NCBI GenBank assembly: GCA_022072255.1
Contig: JAJVHZ010000011.1
Location: 108,927-172,926 of the forward strand
DNA from: Gammaproteobacteria bacterium
Lineage (GTDB): Bacteria > Pseudomonadota > Gammaproteobacteria > JAJPIJ01
Reading direction: 5' to 3'
DNA length: 64,000 nucleotides
Shown: one piece after another, positions 26,806-33,820 of the stretch
How the letters are laid out: each line of letters begins with the position of its first letter
Position numbering within the stretch: the stretch's first letter is position 1
The notes under the pieces: model-generated
Told to the model about the DNA's origin: nothing
What the model saw: the letters and a program-made list of their open reading frames with translations, nothing else
Database searches by the model: none
Made by a program: the position numbers and the translations under genes

Positions 26806-28263
26806 GTGGCAAACGTGACGGCGAGCGTGCAGGAGGAACTGAAACATCCCCGTGACTTGAGGGTGACCCTCGAGGAGATCGAGGAGCTGCTGAACAAACA
26901 GGAGATGGTGAGCGAGCTGACCGCCCGCCAGGACGCCCCGCGCCATGAACTGGTGATGGACCTCCTGCTGCGGCAGCAGCACGTCGAAGTCGAACGCCGT
27001 CTGCAGCAGTCCCACCCGGCCGACATCGCCTACGTGCTCGAGGGATTGCCGCTGGAACGGCGTCGGCTGGTCTGGAGCCTCGTCCGTCCCGAGGCGCGCG
27101 GCGCCGTGCTGCTGGAACTGGCGGAGGCGGTGCGCGAGGGACTGCTCGGCGAGATGCCGAGCAGGGAGATCATCGACGCCGCCGAACACCTGGATCCCGA
27201 AGAGATCGCCGATCTCGTTCCGAGCCTGCCCAGGGATACCGTCTTCGAACTCTTCAACTCCCTCGACCGCAAGGATCGGACGGAACTGCAGGACGTGCTT
27301 TCGTTTCCCGAGGGAAGCGTCGGCGCGCTGATGGATCTCGATGTGCTGAGCGTGCGTGACGATGTCGAGATCGAGGTGGTCCTTCGTTATCTGCGCAAGC
27401 GCAAGGACCTGCCGGAGCAGATCGATCAGATCATCGTTGTCGATCGCGCCGGCGTGCTGAAGGGCGTCCTGCCGGTCAAGCGCCTGCTGATCCATGACCC
27501 GGAGGTAATGGTCGGGGACGTGATGCTCCTGGAGCCGGTCTTGTTCCGTACCGACGAGTCCGCGCGCGATGCCGTGCAGGCCTTCGAGCGTTACGACCTG
27601 CGTACCGCGCCGGTCGTGAACACCCACAACCAGGTGGTAGGCGTGCTGAGCGTAGACCAGGTGATGGACTACGTGAACGAATCGGCCCAGCGCGAACGCC
27701 TGAGCCAGGTGGGACTGAGGGAGGACGAGGACCTGTTCGGTTCGGTGTGGAAGAGCAGCCGAAACCGCTGGACCTGGCTGGTGTTGAACCTCATGACGGC
27801 CTTCATCGCCTCGCGCGTCATCGGACTGTTCGAGGGCACGATCGAGCGGCTCGTCGCGCTGGCGGCGCTCATGCCGATCGTGGCGAGCATCGCGGGCAAC
27901 TCGGGCAACCAGACCGTGGCGCTGGTGATCCGCGGGCTGGCACTGAACCAGATCAACACCGGGAATTTCTACCGGCTGTTGTTCAAGGAGATCGGCATCA
28001 GCCTCGTCAACGGTCTGGTATGGGGATTGGTCGTCGGCTTCTTCGCATACCTCTTCTACAACAACGTCTCGCTGGCCGCCGTCATGGTCGCTGCGATGAT
28101 GCTCAACCTGCTGATGGGCGCCCTGGCCGGTGTGGTTTTTCCGCTGACGCTGCACATGCTGGGACGCGACCCGGTGATGGGCAGCAGCGTCATGCTCACC
28201 GCGATCACCGACAGCATGGGATTTTTCATCTTCCTGGGGCTGGCGGCGATGTTCCTGCGCTAG
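26806..28263 (+). CDS. mgtE: Magnesium transporter MgtE
   Basis: N-domain, tandem CBS domains and a C-terminal 5-TM MgtE domain (PIVASIAGNSGNQTVALVIRGLAL...). GTG start. Confidence 0.85.
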   Translation: MANVTASVQEELKHPRDLRVTLEEIEELLNKQEMVSELTARQDAPRHELVMDLLLRQQHVEVERRLQQSHPADIAYVLEGLPLERRRLVWSLVRPEARGAVLLELAEAVREGLLGEMPSREIIDAAEHLDPEEIADLVPSLPRDTVFELFNSLDRKDRTELQDVLSFPEGSVGALMDLDVLSVRDDVEIEVVLRYLRKRKDLPEQIDQIIVVDRAGVLKGVLPVKRLLIHDPEVMVGDVMLLEPVLFRTDESARDAVQAFERYDLRTAPVVNTHNQVVGVLSVDQVMDYVNESAQRERLSQVGLREDEDLFGSVWKSSRNRWTWLVLNLMTAFIASRVIGLFEGTIERLVALAALMPIVASIAGNSGNQTVALVIRGLALNQINTGNFYRLLFKEIGISLVNGLVWGLVVGFFAYLFYNNVSLAAVMVAAMMLNLLMGALAGVVFPLTLHMLGRDPVMGSSVMLTAITDSMGFFIFLGLAAMFLR

Positions 28264-28524
28264 CCGCGGCGATTCATCGCGGGTCGGAGGATGGCCTCCG
28301 GTACGGGAGGGTGTGACAGAAATGACCTGCAATCTGCACCAGCCGGGGATGATCGCTCACTGACGTCGAATCAATCAATCGCCAGGCATGGCACGTACGT
28401 CGTCTTCCTGACTGCGCGGGCGGAGTCGGCTCGCGAAACGCGCCTGCAGCATTCGGCCGCGTCTGCCCCGGGCCCGGCTCCACGTGTATAGTGAACGCCA
28501 AAAAACGGCCGGAGCGCGCGTGCG

Positions 28525-28785
28525 ATGCAGGCGGTTGTCATCATCCTCAAGGTTCTGGCGCTGGCGCTGGCGATCGCGGGGCTGGTGGGGGGCGGGATCT
28601 GCACCCTGTGCGGTGCGGTGTGGTCGTTCGAGGACGCCGGTGTCGGCATGCAGATCGTGGGGATCTCGCTGCTGTTCGCCGTGCCGTCGTATTTCCTGAC
28701 GCGGCTGCTTTGGCGTTCGTTGAATCGGCGACCGGGCGCCGCGCCGGCGCCGAGTGAGCCTGCATCGTCGGGCGACGGCCCCTAG
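28525..28785 (+). CDS. Small membrane protein, paralog A (86 aa; signal-peptide-like N-terminus ending in GGGIC, then a second TM helix)
   Basis: MQAVVIILKVLALALAIAGLVGGGICTLCGAVWSFE...MQIVGISLLFAVPSYFLTRLLWRSLNRRPG aligns with the next ORF, sharing [KR]VL.L.L...LV.G.GIC.....F...M...I..L..L...F......R.L.R.R.G. Confidence 0.5.
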   Translation: MQAVVIILKVLALALAIAGLVGGGICTLCGAVWSFEDAGVGMQIVGISLLFAVPSYFLTRLLWRSLNRRPGAAPAPSEPASSGDGP

Positions 28786-28793
28786 GTTGGCGC

Positions 28794-29045
28794 ATGGAAA
28801 CGATCTTCACGGCGCTGTGGTGGATTATCCGGGTGCTCATCCTGCTGGGACTGTTCTGCCTGGTCGCCGGCACCGGCATCTGCGGCTACATCTACTACGA
28901 ATTCAGCGCCCAGTATCACCGCCCGGAAATGGCGGACTGGCTGTTCATCGGGGCGCTGGGGTCGCTGGCTGCGCTGTTCGGGTGGATCTTCTGGGTCGTG
29001 AAGCGAGCCTTGTTCCGGCCGCGGTCAGGCGCTGATGGCTCCTGA
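28794..29045 (+). CDS. Small membrane protein, paralog B (83 aa)
   Basis: METIFTALWWIIRVLILLGLFCLVAGTGICGYIYYEFS...MADWLFIGALGSLAALFGWIFWVVKRALFRPRSG. Lies 9 bp after paralog A, and its stop overlaps the next gene by 11 nt. Confidence 0.5.
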   Translation: METIFTALWWIIRVLILLGLFCLVAGTGICGYIYYEFSAQYHRPEMADWLFIGALGSLAALFGWIFWVVKRALFRPRSGADGS

Positions 29046-29778
29046 ATACGCGCTGGTCCTGCACGCGGCCTTCGAATGGGCCGCCATCCTCGCCGGCGCC
29101 CGGCTGTACTTTCGCGAGCGCGGGCTGCATGGCTTGCGCGCCGCCCTGCAGCCGCAGAATTACGCGGTGCTGACCGGCTGCCTGCTCGGCGCGGCGATCG
29201 GCAACAAGGCGGTGTTCTGGGTGGAGAATCCGCAGCTCTGGGACCCGGACTCCGGCGTCGCGCAGTTCTTCCTGGGCGGACAGTCGATGGTCGGCGGCCT
29301 GGTGGGCGGCTATCTCGGCGTCGAACTCGGCAAGGTGGTCGCGGCCGTGCGCCATTCCACCGGAGATCATTTCGTCTTCCCGATCCTGCTGGGGATCGCG
29401 ATCGGGCGCCTCGGATGCCTGCTCGCCGGACTTCACGATCAAACCTTCGGCGTCCAGACCAGCCTGGCCTGGGGTATCGATTTCGGCGACGGAATAAGGC
29501 GGCATCCCACCCAGCTCTACGAGATCCTGTTCGCGGGGCTGCTCTGGTGGGCGTTCCGACGCGCGCGCGCACGGCTGGCGGGCTCCCCGGGCCTGATGTT
29601 CAAGATCCTCCTTGCCGGCTACCTGTCATGGAGGCTGCTTGTCGACGCACTCAAGCCCGTCCCGTACGCCTATCCCATGGGCCTGAGCGGCATACAGATC
29701 GTGTGCGCGGTGGCGCTGGCGTTCTATCTGCCGCTGCTCATTGCGCAGTTGCTGCGGCGCGAGGCGGCGCGCGCATGA
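29035..29778 (+). CDS. Lgt-family (prolipoprotein diacylglyceryl transferase-like) polytopic membrane protein, with a divergent signature
   Basis: RRHPTQLYEILFAGLLWWAF matches the Lgt RHPSQLYE block. IAIGRLGCLLAG occupies the place of the Lgt G-R-x-G-N-F-x-N-G-E signature, with N replaced by C/L. About 7 TM segments. ATG 29035 verified. The stop overlaps the downstream radical SAM start (ATGA). Confidence 0.65.
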   Translation: MAPEYALVLHAAFEWAAILAGARLYFRERGLHGLRAALQPQNYAVLTGCLLGAAIGNKAVFWVENPQLWDPDSGVAQFFLGGQSMVGGLVGGYLGVELGKVVAAVRHSTGDHFVFPILLGIAIGRLGCLLAGLHDQTFGVQTSLAWGIDFGDGIRRHPTQLYEILFAGLLWWAFRRARARLAGSPGLMFKILLAGYLSWRLLVDALKPVPYAYPMGLSGIQIVCAVALAFYLPLLIAQLLRREAARA

Positions 29779-31208
29779 GCCGCAAGGCGAGGCCGTACCT
29801 CTTCTACGACACCACCAGCGCGGTGTGCACGACCTGTCTGCGCGTGATCGAGGCGAAGATCCTGCTCAAGGACGGGAAGGCGTACATGGAGAAGTGGTGT
29901 CCTGCCCACGGCACCGAGCGGGTGCTGGTAAGCGACGATGCCGACTACTACCGGCAGTGCCGCGAGCTGTGGATCAAGCCGCCGGAGATGCCGAATACGT
30001 TCAACACCCGCATGCAATACGGTTGTCCGTACGACTGCGGCCTGTGCCCGGACCACATGCAGCACTCCTGCCTCACGCTGCTGGAACTGACCGATCACTG
30101 CAACCTTCGCTGCCCGATCTGCTACGCAGGTTCGGGGCCGGAGCGCGCGGGCTACCGGACGCTGTCCGAGATCGTGTGCATGCTGGACGCCATCGTCGCC
30201 AACGAGGGCGAGCCGGACGTCGTGCAGCTCTCCGGCGGCGAGCCGACGCTGCATCCGGATTTCTTCGCAGTGCTCGATGCGGCCCGCGCGCGCGGAGTCC
30301 GGCACCTGATGGTGAACACCAACGGCGTGCGCCTGGCGCAGGACCGCGAGTTCTGCGCACGGCTGTCGGAATACCGGAGGGCTTTCGAGGTCTACCTGCA
30401 GTTCGACTCGCGGCGGCCGGAGGCGCTGAAGGAGATGCGCGGCGCGGATCTCACCGGCGTGCGCGAGCAGGCGCTGCAGCATCTCAACGAGTTCGACATT
30501 TCCACCACACTGGTGGTGACGCTGAAGAAGGGCGTCAACGACGAGGAGATCGGCGATATCATCGGCTACGCGCTCGGCCAGTCCTGCGTGCGCGGGGTGA
30601 CGTTGCAGCCGATACAGGACGCCGGCCGTGTGCAGGGCTACGACGCGAGAGTCCATCGGCTGACGGTGAGCGAGATTCGCCGCCGCATCGCCGAGCAGTC
30701 GGGCGTGTTCACGGCCGCGGACATCCTGCCCGTGCCCTGCAACCCGGACACACTGGCCATGGGTTATGCGCTGAAGGTCGGGGGTGAGGTCGTGGCGCTC
30801 ACACGCTACCTCGACCCTGCGGTCCTGGTCGAGGGCGGCCGCAACACGATCAGCTTCGAGCACGACGGCGAATTGAGGCGGCGCGTCTTCGACCTCTTTT
30901 CGACCAACCACTCGCCGGCCTCGCAGGCGAATTGCCTTGCCGAGCTGATGTGCTGCCTGCCCCGCGTCAGTGCGCCCGCGGAGCTGACGTATCACAACGT
31001 CTTCCGCGTCCTCATAGTGCAGTTCATGGACGCGCTGTCGCTGGACATCCGTGCCCTGAAGAAGTCATGCATCCATATCGTCCAGCCCGACGGCCGTCTC
31101 ATCCCCTTCGAGTCGTTCAATCTCCTCTACCGCGACGGCCGTGCCGGGCTGTTGCGGACGCTGCGGCATGAGGTCGTCCGCGCAACCCGGGCGCGCCGGA
31201 CCTCCTGA
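29775..31208 (+). CDS. Radical SAM enzyme with an N-terminal rubredoxin/Zn-ribbon-like Cys2...Cys-His motif and an extra CxxxCxxC motif (multi-cluster radical SAM)
   Basis: Canonical ELTDHCNLRCPICYAGSG (CX3CX2C) plus a glycine-rich SAM motif LSGGEPTLH. Upstream GCPYDCGLCPDH is a second CX3CX2C. N-terminus CTTC...WCPAHG. Further C-terminal cysteines (PVPCNPD, NCLAELMCCLP, KSCIHIV). The track 29076 start is an out-of-frame extension through the Lgt-like gene. Confidence 0.8.
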   Translation: MSRKARPYLFYDTTSAVCTTCLRVIEAKILLKDGKAYMEKWCPAHGTERVLVSDDADYYRQCRELWIKPPEMPNTFNTRMQYGCPYDCGLCPDHMQHSCLTLLELTDHCNLRCPICYAGSGPERAGYRTLSEIVCMLDAIVANEGEPDVVQLSGGEPTLHPDFFAVLDAARARGVRHLMVNTNGVRLAQDREFCARLSEYRRAFEVYLQFDSRRPEALKEMRGADLTGVREQALQHLNEFDISTTLVVTLKKGVNDEEIGDIIGYALGQSCVRGVTLQPIQDAGRVQGYDARVHRLTVSEIRRRIAEQSGVFTAADILPVPCNPDTLAMGYALKVGGEVVALTRYLDPAVLVEGGRNTISFEHDGELRRRVFDLFSTNHSPASQANCLAELMCCLPRVSAPAELTYHNVFRVLIVQFMDALSLDIRALKKSCIHIVQPDGRLIPFESFNLLYRDGRAGLLRTLRHEVVRATRARRTS

Positions 31209-31307
31209 GGAAACGGCGGCGGTCGACGGCGACCGGATCCCGCGGTAACACAGGGGCGCGGCGGCGCGTTAGGGGCGTGGCCGTGCATTCCGTAGAATGC
31301 GGCAGTC

Positions 31308-33515
31308 GTGCAGAACAACCCGGCCCACCGCTTCTTCGCCACCGCGCCCAAGGGGGTTACCAGCCTGCTCGCGGATGAATTGCGCGCGCTCGGCGCCGGG
31401 CACATTCGCGAGGTGACTGCCGGGGTGCTGTTCGCCGGCACGCTGGAGGTCGGCTATCGCGCCTGCCTGTGGTCGCGCACGGCCAGCCGCGTGCTGCTGC
31501 AATTGTGCCGCTTCGCGGCGCCCGACGCCGATGCGCTCCATGCCGGGGTGCAGACTGTCGACTGGGACGGACATCTGGCCGCCGGGGGAACGTTGGCGGT
31601 CGACGCCAACGTTCGCGGTTCCCGCCTGAGGCACTCGCAGTTCGCGGCCCAGCGCGTGAAGGACGCGATTGCCGATCAACTCCGCGCCCGCCATGGCTTG
31701 CGCCCATCGGTGGATCTCGAACGGCCCGACCTGCGCATCAACGTCTTCATCGACCGCGACGTGGCGAGCCTCGCCGTCGATCTCTCCGGAGAGAGCCTGC
31801 ACCGCCGCGGTTATCGCGAGGATGCGGTCGTGGCGCCGCTGAAGCAGAATCTGGCCGCCGCGATCCTGCTGCGGGCGGGGTGGCCGGAGATCGCGCGCGG
31901 CGGCGGCGGATTCGTCGATCCCATGTGCGGCTCGGGCACCCTGATCGTCGAGGCCGCGTGGATCGCCGGCGATCGCGCGCCGGCACTGCTGCGGCGGGAT
32001 TTCGGCTTCGATCGCTGGCTGGGACACCTGCCGCGGCTGTGGCAGCGCCTGCGCGAGGAGGCCGAGGCGCGGGCCGCCGACGGGGGGCGACGGATCCCGT
32101 CGATGCGCGGTTTCGACGCCGATATGCGCGCCGTGCGCGCCGCGCGCGAGAACGTGGCGGCCGCCGGCGTCGCCGGGCATGTCCGCATCGACAGGCTCGA
32201 GCTCGCCGACCTGCCGGCACCCGAGGTCCCGACCGGCCTGCTGGCGGTCAATCCACCCTATGGCGAGCGTCTCGGGGAGAGCGAGGCGCTCGGGACGCTG
32301 TACGCGCGGCTGGGCGGAACGCTGCGCGCGCGCTACCAGGGATGGGAGGCGGCGGTCTTCACCGGCAACCCGCCGCTCGGCAGGTTCATCGGTCTGAAGG
32401 CGCGCCGGGTGCACACCTTCTACAACGGCGCCATCGAGTGCCGGCTGCTGCGATTCACCGTCGCGCCGGAGCATTTCGAGGCCTCGCGGGAAGAACGCGC
32501 CCAGGCCGGCAGCGAGCGGCCCTTGAGCGCAGGCGCGCAGATGTTCGCCAACAGGCTGCGCAAGAACATGCAGGCGCTGAAGCCGTGGGCGGAGCGGGAA
32601 GGCATCACCTGTTATCGAATCTACGATGCCGACATGCCCGAGTATGCCGCGGCCATCGACCTGTATCGGAGCACCGAGCCGTGCCTCGTCGTGCAGGAGT
32701 ATGCGCCGCCGAGAACGGTGGCCGAGGACAAGGCACGCCAGCGGCTGCGCGACATGCTGAACGCCATCCCGCCGACGCTCGGCGTGAGCCGCGGGCAGGT
32801 GTTCGTGAAGCGGCGCGAGCGTCAGCGCGGCGCGGCACAATACGAACGGCAGGCACAGACGGGGGCGTTCCACGAGGTGAGAGAGGGGCCATGCCGCCTG
32901 CTGGTGAATTTCAGCGACTATCTGGATACCGGACTATTTCTAGATCACCGGCTGACGCGCGCGATGGTGGGCGAGCTCGCACGCGGTCGCGACATGCTGA
33001 ATCTGTTCTGCTACACGGCCACCGCCAGCGTGCACGCCGCGCTGGCGGGAGCACGCTCGACCGTCTCGGTCGACATGTCCGCGACCTATCTCGACTGGGC
33101 GCGGCGGAATTTCGCGCTTAACGACATCGATCCGCGTGTCCACGCACTGGTACAGGCCGACTGCCTGTGGTGGCTGGAGCAGCAGGCCGGCGACCCTGAG
33201 GCGCCGCGATACGGCGTGATCTTTCTCGACCCCCCGACATTCTCGAACTCCAAGCGCATGCGGTCGAACTTCGATGTGCAGCGCGACCACGCGATGCTCG
33301 TGCGCCAGGCCGCGCACCTGCTCACCGGGGACGGCGTGCTGGTGTTCTCCACCAACCGGCAGCGCTTCCGCCTCGATCTCGCCGGTCTCGCGGGACTGCG
33401 GATCGAGGACGTGAGCGAGCGGACGATCCCCCGGGATTTCGCCCGCAACGCGACGGTCCATCGTTGCTGGCTGATGCGTGCGCCGGGGCGGCCACCGGAT
33501 GTCGGGCCGGGGTGA
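31308..33515 (+). CDS. rlmL: Bifunctional 23S rRNA (guanine2445-N2 / guanine2069-N7)-methyltransferase RlmKL
   Basis: 735 aa: THUMP region, first methyltransferase (DPMCGSGTLIVEAA, NPPYGERL) and C-terminal second methyltransferase (FLDPPTFSNSKRM). Confidence 0.85.
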   Translation: MQNNPAHRFFATAPKGVTSLLADELRALGAGHIREVTAGVLFAGTLEVGYRACLWSRTASRVLLQLCRFAAPDADALHAGVQTVDWDGHLAAGGTLAVDANVRGSRLRHSQFAAQRVKDAIADQLRARHGLRPSVDLERPDLRINVFIDRDVASLAVDLSGESLHRRGYREDAVVAPLKQNLAAAILLRAGWPEIARGGGGFVDPMCGSGTLIVEAAWIAGDRAPALLRRDFGFDRWLGHLPRLWQRLREEAEARAADGGRRIPSMRGFDADMRAVRAARENVAAAGVAGHVRIDRLELADLPAPEVPTGLLAVNPPYGERLGESEALGTLYARLGGTLRARYQGWEAAVFTGNPPLGRFIGLKARRVHTFYNGAIECRLLRFTVAPEHFEASREERAQAGSERPLSAGAQMFANRLRKNMQALKPWAEREGITCYRIYDADMPEYAAAIDLYRSTEPCLVVQEYAPPRTVAEDKARQRLRDMLNAIPPTLGVSRGQVFVKRRERQRGAAQYERQAQTGAFHEVREGPCRLLVNFSDYLDTGLFLDHRLTRAMVGELARGRDMLNLFCYTATASVHAALAGARSTVSVDMSATYLDWARRNFALNDIDPRVHALVQADCLWWLEQQAGDPEAPRYGVIFLDPPTFSNSKRMRSNFDVQRDHAMLVRQAAHLLTGDGVLVFSTNRQRFRLDLAGLAGLRIEDVSERTIPRDFARNATVHRCWLMRAPGRPPDVGPG

Positions 33516-33820
33516 CACGCACTGGTGGACGCGAGGCGATGCTGCGCCGGGGACGGGCGGGTGCGGGCGCGGTGATCCGACGACGCGGGCCCCGGGATCC
33601 GGTGCCCGGAACGGCCGGATCTCCGGGCGGCACCATGGCACGTTTCGTGAATCGACCAGACTGATTCTCCACCAATCGGCTGCGCGGCCGCGTCCTTGCC
33701 GGCGCCAGTTGCCGGGAGGATGGCCGAACAGTGGATGTCGCATCGAAAAATCAATAAGTTGTCTTCCGTGCCGGTCACCCCTGGGCGGTGCCCGGCAGCG
33801 CGGGAGTTTTGACGGCACCC

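Noticed and set aside
26611-28332. 573-aa minus-strand ORF
   Set aside because: Antisense shadow of mgtE, which has a CBS pair and a MgtE TM domain.
29076-29774. N-terminal 233 codons of the 710-aa track ORF for the radical SAM gene
   Set aside because: This part is read in a frame overlapping the Lgt-like gene and translates to Arg/Pro-rich nonsense. The conserved radical SAM protein begins at ATG 29775, whose ATGA overlaps the upstream stop.
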